64,000 bases of DNA from Oligoflexia bacterium. GTDB lineage: Bacteria; Bdellovibrionota; Bdellovibrionia; JABDDW01. Where the stretch lies: NCBI GenBank assembly GCA_043732305.1, contig JAYTHU010000170.1, positions 32,001 to 96,000 of the forward strand, in the 5' to 3' direction. Numbering within the stretch: position 1 is the first letter of the stretch; the number at the start of each line of letters is the position of its first letter. The translations under genes were made by a program, and so were the position numbers. The notes beneath the pieces were generated by a model. It saw only the letters and a list, made by a program, of their open reading frames with translations. It was not told the origin of the DNA and made no database searches. Positions 1 through 10,173 of the stretch are shown piece by piece.

Positions 1-881
1 GGATGATAGCCGCCAGCGCCAACTGAAACAACGAGTGGCTTTTGCAAACGCAGACGTTGCACTAAGCGCGAACTATCCCCTTGTCCTAAAACCATTCCAA
101 GCATGTCGAGAGCAGCAATATCTTTGCTCGCCATACCGGGAGCTTTGAAAGCGATATTTAAATGCGCGTCTTTAAAATCCGTTTGTTTGTAATTATAAAC
201 CAGCTGTTTTTGTTTGGGATCTTTAGCGCGTTTAATTTTCTTGAGGCGATTCTTTTTGAAAGGTTCAAAGTATTTTGTGACGAGTTTTTTCAACTCGGGC
301 TTTTCAAAATCGCCAGTGATGACCAAAGTCATATTCGATGGAACGTAGCGTGCGAAATAATAATCCATGAGCCGTTTGCGAGTCACTTCACGAATATTTT
401 TTTCATAACCAATGATGGGAATTCCATAAGGGTGTTTTTTAAAAATAGTGGAAAAGAGCTGCTGGCTTGCAACTTGGTTAGGATTATCGAAGGATCGTTT
501 GATCTCTTCAATGACCACTTCGCGTTCGCGATTGATCTCTTCGTCGTCAAATTTCGGAAATCCCATCATTTGGGATAAAACGTCCATTCCCAGTTCGAGA
601 TCTTTCTTAGACATAGTCACGTGAAAAACAGTGTGATCGAATGTAGTGTAAGCGTTAAGCTCCCCACCTGACCCTTCTATCTCACGAGCGATCTGACCGA
701 CACCAAACTTCTCGGTGCCTTTAAAAACCAAATGTTCGATAAAATGGCTGATACCTTCTTGTTTTTTCTTTTCATCGGCACTACCGGTCTTCACCCACAC
801 CTGAACAGCCACCACAGGGGCTTTGTGAGACTCGACCAATAATACTTTCATTTTATTTTTTAATTGATATTGCGTGAGCAT
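1..881 (-). CDS. M16 (pitrilysin/insulinase family) zinc peptidase, 5' part; runs off the window start
   Basis: Not in the ORF track. Read manually from ATG at 881: MLTQYQLKNKMKVLLVESHKAPVVAVQVWVKTGSADEKKKQEGISHFIEHLVFKG, containing the inverted zinc motif HxxEH typical of M16. Confidence 0.9.
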   Translation of the reverse strand, partial: MLTQYQLKNKMKVLLVESHKAPVVAVQVWVKTGSADEKKKQEGISHFIEHLVFKGTEKFGVGQIAREIEGSGGELNAYTTFDHTVFHVTMSKKDLELGMDVLSQMMGFPKFDDEEINREREVVIEEIKRSFDNPNQVASQQLFSTIFKKHPYGIPIIGYEKNIREVTRKRLMDYYFARYVPSNMTLVITGDFEKPELKKLVTKYFEPFKKNRLKKIKRAKDPKQKQLVYNYKQTDFKDAHLNIAFKAPGMASKDIAALDMLGMVLGQGDSSRLVQRLRLQKPLVVSVGAGGYH

Positions 882-905
882 GTCTTAAACCTTACCTTCA
901 CCATC

Positions 906-2093
906 ATGAGTTTTGGAATATACGTTCACATTCCCTATTGTCTCCAAAGGTGCGTCTACTGCGATTTTGCAACCTACGAGTTCTCTCAAATCCTCAAACC
1001 CGAAGACTATGTTTCGAGGGTGGAGAAGGAAGTGCGGACTAGATCAAAATACATCGGACCAAGAAAACTTGATACACTTTATTTTGGTGGAGGCACTCCG
1101 TCACTCTTGAGTCCACCACTTCTGGGCCGCATCATTTCTGTTTTGCATGAAGAAGGATTCACACTTTCACGCGAAGCTCTTCCAACCGACACAGAAGTCA
1201 CTCTCGAAATAAATCCTGCGACGACCAACGAAGATAATTTATTGCAGTTGCGTGAAATGGGATTCAATCGATTTTCCGTTGGCGCCCAGACGTTTGACGA
1301 GGAAATTCTAAAAATCGCGCATCGAAAACATTCTGCCAAAGATACGCTCATGACACTGGAACTACTCAAAAAACATAACTTAAATTTCTCTGTTGATCTG
1401 CTCTTTGCGCTACCAAAACAAGACATGACTGGCTTGAAAAAAGATTTGGAAATTATCAATAGTTTTGAACCACCCCACGTGAGCCCCTATTGCCTCACAG
1501 TTCCAGAATCAAATCCCATGGCTAAAGGCAGACCGCTCGATGAAATTCAAGTGGAGATGTTCACACTTATAAAAAATGAACTTGAAAAACATGGGCACTC
1601 TCGTTATGAAATCAGTAATTTTTCAAAGCCGGGAGCTGAGAGCAAACACAATATGCTCTATTGGAATGATGACGAATATTGGGGAATAGGCCTCTCGAGT
1701 CACAGTTACATGCATTGGAATGAATGGGGCACAAGATTCTGGAATCCGCGTGGCATCGATCAATACGTGAAGAACACGGATGAGGATCTGGTCTCTTGGA
1801 AAAAAGACGATCTCCATGAGAATTTAGCGCAGAATCAAGCACTCACAGATTACAGCCACACTTCGCTGAGGAAAAAAGAAGGCATCAGTTATGAGAAGTT
1901 CCTGACAAAGTTTGGTTTAAGCTTTCCCACTTTTGCAGAAAAAAGCATCAAAAAGATGGTTGGTAGAGGTTGGGCAAAAGAGGATGAAAACCATCTCAGA
2001 CTCACAGATGAAGGAATTCTCCTCTCCAACCAGGTTTTTGAGGAATTTACCTACCTTAAAGACCCCAGCGCAGTTGACAAAAAGGCCAAGTAA
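906..2093 (+). CDS. hemW: Radical SAM heme chaperone HemW (HemN-like)
   Basis: YVHIPYCLQRCVYCDF (CxxxCxxC), YFGGGTPS, YEISNF, HNxxYW. Start moved to the ATG at 906 because the longer ORF overlaps the divergent gene. Confidence 0.9.
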   Translation: MSFGIYVHIPYCLQRCVYCDFATYEFSQILKPEDYVSRVEKEVRTRSKYIGPRKLDTLYFGGGTPSLLSPPLLGRIISVLHEEGFTLSREALPTDTEVTLEINPATTNEDNLLQLREMGFNRFSVGAQTFDEEILKIAHRKHSAKDTLMTLELLKKHNLNFSVDLLFALPKQDMTGLKKDLEIINSFEPPHVSPYCLTVPESNPMAKGRPLDEIQVEMFTLIKNELEKHGHSRYEISNFSKPGAESKHNMLYWNDDEYWGIGLSSHSYMHWNEWGTRFWNPRGIDQYVKNTDEDLVSWKKDDLHENLAQNQALTDYSHTSLRKKEGISYEKFLTKFGLSFPTFAEKSIKKMVGRGWAKEDENHLRLTDEGILLSNQVFEEFTYLKDPSAVDKKAK

Positions 2094-2101
2094 AACCATA
2101 T
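2073..2101 (+). promoter_or_regulatory. Candidate internal heat-shock (sigma32-like) or sigma70 promoter for grpE-dnaJ
   Basis: GTTGAC-N15-AACCATAT (sigma32 consensus CTTGAA-N13-17-CCCCATNT). It can also be read as TTGACA-N17-CATATT. Lies just upstream of grpE. Confidence 0.45.
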
Positions 2102-2117
2102 TCGGGAATGAGGTGTT

Positions 2118-2702
2118 ATGTCTGAAAATACAAAAAAAAATGATCCAAATACCGACAATGTATTCAACTTGCCCGACGAAGTAGCTACTGAAGCTACGGT
2201 TGGCGGCGATGAAGCTGGCGACTCTTCGATGAACGCTTCGTCTGATTCAATTGCAAAACTCCAAGCGGAAAACACTGAGTTGCGAAAGCAATATCTCTAT
2301 CTGCGTGCTGATTTTGATAACTATAGAAAACAAATGCTCAAGGAACGTTCTGATCTGGTGAAGTTTGGATCCGAACCCATTTTGCGAGAATTTCTAAATA
2401 TCTTGGATGATCTCGAGCGAGCCGCAAATTCTGAATTGAAACCTGAAACAATGGAATCTTTCAAAAATGGTGTCACTTTAATCGTGAATCAGTTCAAGAA
2501 AGTTTTTGATCGATTCGGAGTGGAAGAAGTTGAGAGTCATGGAAAAGTTTTTGACCCTCAGATTCATGAAGCCCTTGGCTCATTGGACAGTCCCGAATTT
2601 CCCCCAAATTCCGTAACCCAAGTTTATAAAAAAGCTTACAAGCTACACGGTAAAGTCATCCGACCCGCACAAGTCATGGTCAACTCCTCAAAAGGCGAAT
2701 AA
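2118..2702 (+). CDS. grpE: Nucleotide exchange factor GrpE
   Basis: [34 protein letters not shown]; adjacent to dnaJ. Confidence 0.95.
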   Translation: MSENTKKNDPNTDNVFNLPDEVATEATVGGDEAGDSSMNASSDSIAKLQAENTELRKQYLYLRADFDNYRKQMLKERSDLVKFGSEPILREFLNILDDLERAANSELKPETMESFKNGVTLIVNQFKKVFDRFGVEEVESHGKVFDPQIHEALGSLDSPEFPPNSVTQVYKKAYKLHGKVIRPAQVMVNSSKGE

Positions 2703-2707
2703 GTAAA

Positions 2708-3841
2708 ATGGCTAAAAGAGATTACTACGAAGTTTTGTCTGTTGTGAAAACAGCATCGGGCGATGAATTAAAAAAAGCGTATCGCAAACTCGCAATGCAA
2801 TATCACCCGGATAAAAACCCCGGAGATAAAATTTCCGAAAATAAATTCAAAGAAGTCTCCGAAGCTTATGAAGTTTTAAGCGACGATAAAAAACGCCAAA
2901 TGTATGATCAGTTTGGCCACGCGGGCTCAGGAATGGGCGGCGGTGGATTTGGCGGTCAAGGATTCGGTGGAGACGCCGGCGGGTTCCAAGATCTTTTCAA
3001 TGACGTTTTCGGCGATATTTTCGGCGGAGGCCAAAGAGGCGGAGGCGGTAGACGTGAACGCGGGAAACCTCGGGGAGCCGATCTAAGATACACTTTAAAT
3101 GTAAGTTTCGAAGAAGCTGCAATCGGCAGCGAAAAACAAATCAATTTCATGCGCAACAAGAGTTGCAACACGTGCAAAGGATCAGGAAGCAAATCCGGGT
3201 CTGGGCGAACCACTTGCACCCAATGTCACGGCCAGGGTGAAGTGCGATTTCAGCAAGGCTTCTTTGCAGTCTCTAGACCTTGCACACATTGCGGAGGTTC
3301 AGGCCAAATCATAAAAGATCCCTGCAACACTTGTCACGGTGAAGGGGTTGTTCAATCCGCTTCAAAACTTTCGGTTAGCGTTCCTGCTGGAGTGAACACT
3401 GGCCAAAGACTTAAATTAAAAAATGAAGGTGACGCTGGACCCCAAGGAGGAACTCCAGGGGATTTGTATGTTGTGATTCAACTTTTGGAACATGCTTTAT
3501 TTGAAAGACAAAATGACGATGTCGTTTGTGAACTTCCCATAAGTTTTACTGAAGCAGCGCTTGGAACCGAAACCAGCGTGCATACTTTAAACGGAAGCGT
3601 ATCTTTGAAAATTCCTGCTGGCACTGCGAGCGGAAAAGTCTTTAGAATAAAGGGCAAAGGTTTTCCACATCTCGGCGGTTTTGGCGCGGGTGATATCTTT
3701 GTCAAAGTAGTCGTCGATGTTCCCAATCATCTTTCAAGTGAGGGCAAAGAGCTCCTCAAGAAATTTGATCAACTCGGGGAAGACACTCCTTTGAAAAAAC
3801 AATATAAGGACAAGATTAAAAATCTCCCAAGGAATTCATGA
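2708..3841 (+). CDS. dnaJ: Chaperone DnaJ
   Basis: J-domain with HPD, G/F-rich region, four CxxCxGxG repeats and a C-terminal domain. Confidence 0.97.
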   Translation: MAKRDYYEVLSVVKTASGDELKKAYRKLAMQYHPDKNPGDKISENKFKEVSEAYEVLSDDKKRQMYDQFGHAGSGMGGGGFGGQGFGGDAGGFQDLFNDVFGDIFGGGQRGGGGRRERGKPRGADLRYTLNVSFEEAAIGSEKQINFMRNKSCNTCKGSGSKSGSGRTTCTQCHGQGEVRFQQGFFAVSRPCTHCGGSGQIIKDPCNTCHGEGVVQSASKLSVSVPAGVNTGQRLKLKNEGDAGPQGGTPGDLYVVIQLLEHALFERQNDDVVCELPISFTEAALGTETSVHTLNGSVSLKIPAGTASGKVFRIKGKGFPHLGGFGAGDIFVKVVVDVPNHLSSEGKELLKKFDQLGEDTPLKKQYKDKIKNLPRNS

Positions 3842-5838
3842 TTAAGAAAATTGGTTTAGGGTTATTGGCAGTATTGATTTTAAATTCGTGCTCCACCGCT
3901 CCAACGGAGCCCCAAGCCAAACCAGCCGCTTTAAAAGCGCCACCGAAAGCGCAAAAAGAATATCGCGAAGCTGTTGATCTTTATCATGCTAAGAAAACTC
4001 AAGAAGCACTCAAAAAATTAAGTCATATAGTTCAAGCTTATCCAAACGTCGATTTGGCCAATGAGTCTTATTTCTTGGTTGGAGAAATTTTCTACGAACA
4101 AGCTGACTTTTTCAAAGCTTACCGTTACTGGATGGCGGTTGTGGACAGCCGAAGCTATTCAGAACACTACGCGAAAGCGTTGGTGGGAGCGGCTCAGTGC
4201 CAATCACAATTGGGCCACGGTGAAGAAGCCCTCGCTTTGATTTCAAAATACAAAGTTAAATATCCGGAAGCCGGCAAAGTTCTTTCCGCCTCTGATCTGA
4301 ATCTCAATGCTCAAGCTCTAGAACTTTCATCTAAATTAAAACTGCCGCGTGGAATGAATGTTGATGCTCTCAGAGAAATTCTTTTAGCTAAAACTTTTCG
4401 CCGAACACCACAGGACCGTCAAAATCTTCAGATGACAGCTGAAGAAATGATTCGTACTAACTTTAGTCAGGCACAACTGCAGAGTGTAGTTGATCAACCC
4501 GAATTTACAGATGCCGAAGCCGCGGCGAGATTTCGTATTGGCGTTTTAAACTACGAAGCTAAATCTTGGCCTGCCGCCAAAGCACAGTTTGATATTGTAA
4601 CCACAAAGTTTCCTAATTCCGAATATGCTCTGAAAGCTCAGCAGTACCACGCGTTTGTTGAATCTCAAGAACGTATTGATTCTAACACTATCGGCGTGAT
4701 TTTACCTCTCACGGGCAAATATTCAGCCCAAGGCTATAAAGTTTTACGTGGCATAGAAATGGCGGCCGGGGTTTTTGGTCACAGTGGTTCTCCAGTAAAA
4801 CTCGCGGTTGTGGATAGCGAAGGCAATCCTGAAGTTGTGAAACAAGCTGTTGATCGATTGGTGACCGAAGATCATGTGGTTGCGATCATCGGAGATATCG
4901 CTGCTAAAACGGCACAAGTGGTTTCTCAAAGGGCTCAAGAGTTGGGTGTTCCAAATATCACACTTTCGCAAAAACAAGGTCTGACCGAAATTGGAAACTT
5001 CATTTTCAGAAATAATCTAACACCAGATATGCAAATGCGCGCCCTCGTGAAGTACGCCATGGAAGTTCGCGGATACAAAAAATTTGCGATTATCTATTCT
5101 AACGATGCTTACGGAACGGAATACGCTTCTGCTTTTTGGGACTATGTGCGATCTCGCGGTGGGAAAATCACCGCGGCTCAAACTTATGCTCCAAATGAAA
5201 CTGACTTCAGGCATGCGGTCCAACGTTTAGTGGGCACATATTATTTTGATGAGGACCGAGGTCCAGAATTAAAAGTTCGACTGCAAGATTGGAAAAAGGA
5301 ACAAACAAAAAAAGGCACCAAAGAGAAATCACCGAAAGATATTCTCCCTCCGATTGTGGATTTCGATGCGATCTTTATTCCGGATAGTCCAAAAGCCTTG
5401 GGACAAATAGCGCCAATGCTTTCATACAACGACGTCGATAAAATTCCTTTGATCGGAACCAATCTTTGGAACACTTCACAGACCTTGGATAGAGCTGCAA
5501 AATTTGTGGATCACTCCCTTTTTATTGACGAATTTTTTACCCAGGACACGAGTTCAACCACAAAAAAATTCACAGCAGATTTTCAAAATCAGTTTGGTTA
5601 CAGCCCCGATGTTTTCGAGATTCAGGGCTTTGATTCTGCCCAAATTCTAATTTCCGTTCTGCAAACTTCCAGTATTTCTTCCCGAAATTCTATGCGCGAA
5701 AATCTAGCTAGAGCCAGCCGTGTGCCAGGCGCTCTGGGTTTTCTCAACATGACACAATCTCGGGATATAGAAAAAAACCTTATTCCACTAACCGTTCGCA
5801 ACGGTCAAATCGTCAAAGCAGACAACGAGTCTCCCTAG
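3838..5838 (+). CDS. LpoA/LppC-like lipoprotein (TPR region + periplasmic-binding-protein fold; putative PBP activator)
   Basis: Lipobox LNSC, TPR-like helices, then [12 protein letters not shown] and a type I periplasmic binding fold signature. Confidence 0.75.
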   Translation: MIKKIGLGLLAVLILNSCSTAPTEPQAKPAALKAPPKAQKEYREAVDLYHAKKTQEALKKLSHIVQAYPNVDLANESYFLVGEIFYEQADFFKAYRYWMAVVDSRSYSEHYAKALVGAAQCQSQLGHGEEALALISKYKVKYPEAGKVLSASDLNLNAQALELSSKLKLPRGMNVDALREILLAKTFRRTPQDRQNLQMTAEEMIRTNFSQAQLQSVVDQPEFTDAEAAARFRIGVLNYEAKSWPAAKAQFDIVTTKFPNSEYALKAQQYHAFVESQERIDSNTIGVILPLTGKYSAQGYKVLRGIEMAAGVFGHSGSPVKLAVVDSEGNPEVVKQAVDRLVTEDHVVAIIGDIAAKTAQVVSQRAQELGVPNITLSQKQGLTEIGNFIFRNNLTPDMQMRALVKYAMEVRGYKKFAIIYSNDAYGTEYASAFWDYVRSRGGKITAAQTYAPNETDFRHAVQRLVGTYYFDEDRGPELKVRLQDWKKEQTKKGTKEKSPKDILPPIVDFDAIFIPDSPKALGQIAPMLSYNDVDKIPLIGTNLWNTSQTLDRAAKFVDHSLFIDEFFTQDTSSTTKKFTADFQNQFGYSPDVFEIQGFDSAQILISVLQTSSISSRNSMRENLARASRVPGALGFLNMTQSRDIEKNLIPLTVRNGQIVKADNESP

Positions 5839-6030
5839 ACTAAAATCAAGAGGATTTTGGAACAGGGCATTAAAAATGACTCAATTAAAGTTGTCTGTTC
5901 TTGTATTTTTTTAGTGACATAAATACATGGTCAGAATACAAAACTTACAAAGTCTGTACGTTATTATCGTTTAGGGGGGTTTTAGCAGTTCCAGTTTCGC
6001 TATCAACATTTTACGCTAGGGGGGGAAACC

Positions 6031-6396
6031 ATGCGTGCGAAAGAAATGGATAAGTTTAGAAAGTTACTCGTGTTCCAAAAAGAGGAGCTTCTCAATAACA
6101 CTCGGAAGCTAATCAGAGAAGAGGCTTCACATAGCCCAGATGATCTAGCTGACGAAGCCGATCTAGCAGTGAGCGGGGTCATTCAAAATTTGACCCTGAG
6201 ACTACGTGACCGCGAGAGAGTTTTGCTTTTGAAAATCGAGGGGGCCTTGGGGAAAATCGAAAATGGCTCTTACGGCGTTTGCGATTGCTGCGAAGAAGAC
6301 ATTGAGGCTAAACGCCTTGAAGCTCGACCTGTCGCCACCATGTGCATCACTTGCAAAGAAGAGCAAGAACACAAAGAACGGGTATTTGCATATTGA
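6031..6396 (+). CDS. dksA: DksA/TraR family transcription factor, 4-Cys zinc finger type
   Basis: Coiled-coil tip DEADLA; YGVCDCC...RLEARPVATMCITCKE. Confidence 0.9.
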   Translation: MRAKEMDKFRKLLVFQKEELLNNTRKLIREEASHSPDDLADEADLAVSGVIQNLTLRLRDRERVLLLKIEGALGKIENGSYGVCDCCEEDIEAKRLEARPVATMCITCKEEQEHKERVFAY

Positions 6397-6411
6397 GAAT
6401 TACAAATGGAA

Positions 6412-6446
6412 ACGCCGTACTCTAAAAAGTACGGCGTATTTTTTTT
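6412..6446 (+). terminator. Intrinsic terminator between the convergent dksA paralogues
   Basis: Perfect 10-bp stem ACGCCGTACT/AGTACGGCGT with a 6-nt loop, followed by A and 8 T. Confidence 0.85.
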
Positions 6447-6453
6447 CTTAAAG

Positions 6454-6882
6454 TTATTTAGCGTATTTGCGATTGATAGCTTCGCGGATCTCGGCACCTT
6501 CGATGCTCAACCGCGTCCATGGAATGGCAAGTAGTCTTTGAGGCTCGATAGGCTCATCTGTCTCTTCGCAATTGCCGTAGGCTCCGCGTTCGACTCTATC
6601 TAAAGCATTTTCGATTTCTAGAAGCTGATTTCGCAATCGTGAATTCATCGCGAGAGAACTTTGCTCAGCAATATGACGGCTCGACATGTCTGCTTCATCA
6701 CCCGTCGTTTCCAGAACGACAATCTCTAATCGCATTTGCGCAAAACGATTTAGAATCTCGGTTTTCGTTTCTAATAATTTCTTTTTACAATCGAGAATCA
6801 ATGCAGGAGTAATCTTAGCCATCTTTTTAGATGGTTGTGGTTTTGAAGTCGGAACGACTTTCATTTTTGCAGGCATATCCAT
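6454..6882 (-). CDS. DksA/TraR family paralogue with degenerate (1-Cys) zinc finger
   Basis: GDEADMS tip; YGNCEET...RLLAIPWTRLSIEG, so only the first Cys ligand is retained. Confidence 0.85.
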   Translation of the reverse strand: MDMPAKMKVVPTSKPQPSKKMAKITPALILDCKKKLLETKTEILNRFAQMRLEIVVLETTGDEADMSSRHIAEQSSLAMNSRLRNQLLEIENALDRVERGAYGNCEETDEPIEPQRLLAIPWTRLSIEGAEIREAINRKYAK

Positions 6883-7146
6883 ATCCCCCTATGAAAAAAT
6901 CAATCTCATCCCCATGAGATCTTCCGTTTATTGTATGCACGAGCTAGACATTTGGCACGGCAATTTTAAATTACGAAGTAAATCTCGTCTAAGGTCGTGG
7001 GTTATTGTTGAAGCCGCCAAATTCTTGGCAGAGCAAGAGACCGGAAATGTGGTCCAGAGGTAGAATTCCGCTCATTTCGCTTATTAATTTTTAATCAGCT
7101 CCGATGAAGTACTTAGAAACAACTGACTCTTTTGGAGGCACACAAA

Positions 7147-9576
7147 ATGACTTTCGACGACAAATCACTTGAGATTCCTGAAACAATGCCCATGCTGCCG
7201 GTACGGGATATCGTTGTCTTTCCATACTCTGTACTCCCGCTCTTCGTAGGCAGAGATGCTTCCGTAAAAGCAGTGGAAGAAGCATTGCTAGATAAAAACC
7301 GACTCATCTTCTTGGCTTCTCAAAAAGAAATCACTGAAGAGAATCCTTCGGCCGACACCATCTACAATGTCGGAACAATCGCAATGATCATGCGAATGAA
7401 GAAACTCCCCGATGGACGAGTGAAAATTCTCATTCAGGGTGTCGCGAAAGGCAAAATTGAAAGCTTCGCGCAAACCGAACCTCACTATGTGGTGAAAGTC
7501 ACAAAGCTTGAGGAAGGATCATCCACTGTACCTAGTATTGAAGTGGAAGCCCTGATCAGAACAGTGAAAGAAAATCTTGAGAAAATTATTTCTCTCGGCA
7601 AAGTTCTCTCACCTGATATTTTGATGATCTTAGAAGATGTCACTGATCCCGGTCGCATTGCAGATTTAGTCGCCAGCAACTTGGGATTAAAAGTTATTGA
7701 TGCACAATCGATTCTTGAAACCATAAATCATCGTGAGAGATTAAAACTCGTCAACGATTTCTTAGTGAAAGAATTAGAATTGCTCGCTATGCAAGCACGC
7801 ATCCGATCACAAGCTAAAGACGAAATGACTCGCTCACAGAAAGAATATTTCTTGCGTGAACAATTACGCGCTATCAAATCTGAACTTGGCGAACAAGATT
7901 CTAAGGCGGAGGAAATAGACGAATTACGTGAAAAGGTAGAAGCCTGCAATATGCCCGAAGCCACCGAGAAAGAAGCTCTGAAGCAAGTTTCTCGCCTGGA
8001 AAGAATGCATCCCGATGCCTCTGAAGCTACTATGGTCAGAACCTATATTGACTGGTTAGTGGATATGCCTTGGTCTAAATCATCTGAAGACAATTTTGAT
8101 TTAGAAAGAGCGCAAGCTATTCTAGATGAAGATCATTTTGATTTGAAAAAAATCAAAGATCGTATTTTAGAATTCATGGCCGTCCGAAAGCTCAAACACA
8201 AAATGAAGGGTCCCATCCTTTGTTTCGCAGGTCCCCCTGGAGTTGGTAAAACTTCTCTTGGAAAAAGCATTGCACGTTCGATGGGCCGTCAGTTTGTACG
8301 CATCTCACTCGGCGGAGTCAAAGACGAAGCTGAAATCCGTGGACACAGACGCACTTATGTTGGAGCGATGCCCGGGAAAATTGCACAAGCACTTAAACAA
8401 GCTGGAACCAACAATCCTATTTTTCTGCTCGATGAAATCGATAAGATGGGTGCAGACTTCAAAGGTGATCCTTCATCGGCGATGCTCGAAGTTTTGGATC
8501 CTGAGCAGAACTCAACTTTCCGTGATCACTATCTGAATTTAGATTTCGATTTGAGCAATGTCATGTTCCTTGCAACTGCTAACGTGCTCGAAACTATTCC
8601 TCAGGCTTTAAGAGATCGAATGGAAATCATTCAGCTCTCTGGATACAGCGAAGAAGAAAAATTAATTATCGCTCGCAAGTATCTTGTGAAAAAGCAAATG
8701 GAAGAAAACGGAATCACTGAAAATAACATTGAGTTCACAGACGAGGGTTTAGCTAAGGTCATCTCTAGCTACACTCGTGAAGCAGGCTTACGTAATCTCG
8801 AGCGTGAGATTGGTAGCGTATGCCGAAAAATTGCTAAAGACGTAGCTCAAGGTAAACAAGAAAAAGTTATCATCACGGCCAAAGTTGTTGAAAAACTCTT
8901 AGGTGCTGAGAAACACATGCATGAAGATATCATGGAAAAAAATGAAGTTGGAGTCGCAACCGGTCTTGCTTGGACACAAGTGGGCGGAGAGATTCTCTAC
9001 ATCGAGGCCACCAAAATGAAGGGCAAAGGTCATCTGACTTTGACTGGGCAGCTTGGAGACGTCATGAAGGAATCAGCATCTGCAGCTCTAAGTTTTATCA
9101 AGAGCCATGCAGAAGGTTTCAACATTCCTGATAGTTTCTTTACCGATTATGACATTCACATTCATCTTCCCGCAGGAGCTATCCCCAAAGATGGTCCCTC
9201 AGCCGGAATCACTTTGACCACAGCTATGGTGAGTTTAATCACCGGGATTCCTGTGCGAAGAGATGTCGCGATGACAGGTGAAGTGACTCTGCTCGGAAAA
9301 GTTCTTCCCATCGGTGGACTCAAAGAAAAATCTTTGGCCGCGATGAGACACGGGGTTAAGGATGTTTTGATTCCTTTCCGTAATGTGAAAGACTTAGAAG
9401 AGATCCCTGAAGAATTTAGAAAGAAACTAAACTTCATTCCTGTGAAGAGTATCTTTGAAGTTCTCGATGTGGCTCTTGAGAGAAAAGTTTCTTACCACCA
9501 CGTGAAAGAAATTGGCATCGCGAGTGGAACGGCCGGCGGAAAACGTAAAAATCGCCTGGTTGCAGGCGCAGCTTAA
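7147..9576 (+). CDS. lon: ATP-dependent Lon protease
   Basis: Lon N-domain, Walker A GPPGVGKT, Walker B LLDEIDK, catalytic PKDGPSAG and GGLKEK; GGAGG RBS before ATG 7147. Confidence 0.97.
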   Translation: MTFDDKSLEIPETMPMLPVRDIVVFPYSVLPLFVGRDASVKAVEEALLDKNRLIFLASQKEITEENPSADTIYNVGTIAMIMRMKKLPDGRVKILIQGVAKGKIESFAQTEPHYVVKVTKLEEGSSTVPSIEVEALIRTVKENLEKIISLGKVLSPDILMILEDVTDPGRIADLVASNLGLKVIDAQSILETINHRERLKLVNDFLVKELELLAMQARIRSQAKDEMTRSQKEYFLREQLRAIKSELGEQDSKAEEIDELREKVEACNMPEATEKEALKQVSRLERMHPDASEATMVRTYIDWLVDMPWSKSSEDNFDLERAQAILDEDHFDLKKIKDRILEFMAVRKLKHKMKGPILCFAGPPGVGKTSLGKSIARSMGRQFVRISLGGVKDEAEIRGHRRTYVGAMPGKIAQALKQAGTNNPIFLLDEIDKMGADFKGDPSSAMLEVLDPEQNSTFRDHYLNLDFDLSNVMFLATANVLETIPQALRDRMEIIQLSGYSEEEKLIIARKYLVKKQMEENGITENNIEFTDEGLAKVISSYTREAGLRNLEREIGSVCRKIAKDVAQGKQEKVIITAKVVEKLLGAEKHMHEDIMEKNEVGVATGLAWTQVGGEILYIEATKMKGKGHLTLTGQLGDVMKESASAALSFIKSHAEGFNIPDSFFTDYDIHIHLPAGAIPKDGPSAGITLTTAMVSLITGIPVRRDVAMTGEVTLLGKVLPIGGLKEKSLAAMRHGVKDVLIPFRNVKDLEEIPEEFRKKLNFIPVKSIFEVLDVALERKVSYHHVKEIGIASGTAGGKRKNRLVAGAA

Positions 9577-9582
9577 GCTTTT

Positions 9583-10101
9583 TTAGTTATCAATTTCGGG
9601 AAAATAAAAGTTATCGATATTTTGCTCAGAGCTACTTAGGCTCTGAGCTTTTTTTTCATCCGCAGCTTTTTGTGCGACGTATTGATCAGATTGTTTTTCT
9701 AAAAGATTCACCAACATATTCAGATCTAAAATTTGCTCTTTTAGAATACCTATTTGCTCTTCTTTTTCTTGCAGAATCTTGGCATACGCAGATTTAAGCT
9801 CTTCGACCAAACGATTGGCAGAAGTCAAAACCGAAGCTTCAATATAGTTATCAGAATGGCTTGCAGAAATGGGAAGCGGAGCGGCGTATGTGGACGATTG
9901 AGTTTTCATGTGCTGGAGTGGAACGTGGGCAGGCGCGTAGCTCATCGGCGCGCCAATCTCATCGCCATCGAGAATAAAATATTTGCCGCCATCTAATTTA
10001 AAGAGGATGGCATTATTTTTAATGCGACGTCTTAATGTGGATAAGCTAATATTATATTTACTTGAGTATTCAAAAAGCGGAATCCAGTTTTGAGATGCCA
10101 T
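9583..10101 (-). CDS. Hypothetical protein: N-terminal HTH-like segment + C-terminal coiled coil
   Basis: Start at ATG 10101 with AGGGG upstream. WIPLFEYSSKYNISLSTLRRRIK resembles a MerR/excisionase-type HTH; heptad region LKSAYAKILQEKEEQIGILKEQILDL. Confidence 0.65.
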   Translation of the reverse strand: MASQNWIPLFEYSSKYNISLSTLRRRIKNNAILFKLDGGKYFILDGDEIGAPMSYAPAHVPLQHMKTQSSTYAAPLPISASHSDNYIEASVLTSANRLVEELKSAYAKILQEKEEQIGILKEQILDLNMLVNLLEKQSDQYVAQKAADEKKAQSLSSSEQNIDNFYFPEIDN

Positions 10102-10173
10102 TGGCAGCCCCCTTTGACTATTCAAAGAATAACACCGAGCGGCCATTTGTAAAATACAATTAAGGGAACAACC

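Noticed and set aside
162..578. 138-aa plus-strand ORF
   Set aside because: Antisense shadow of the M16 peptidase on the minus strand.
6953..6969. TGGCACG resembling a sigma54 -24 element upstream of lon
   Set aside because: The -12 position reads TTTT rather than TTGC.
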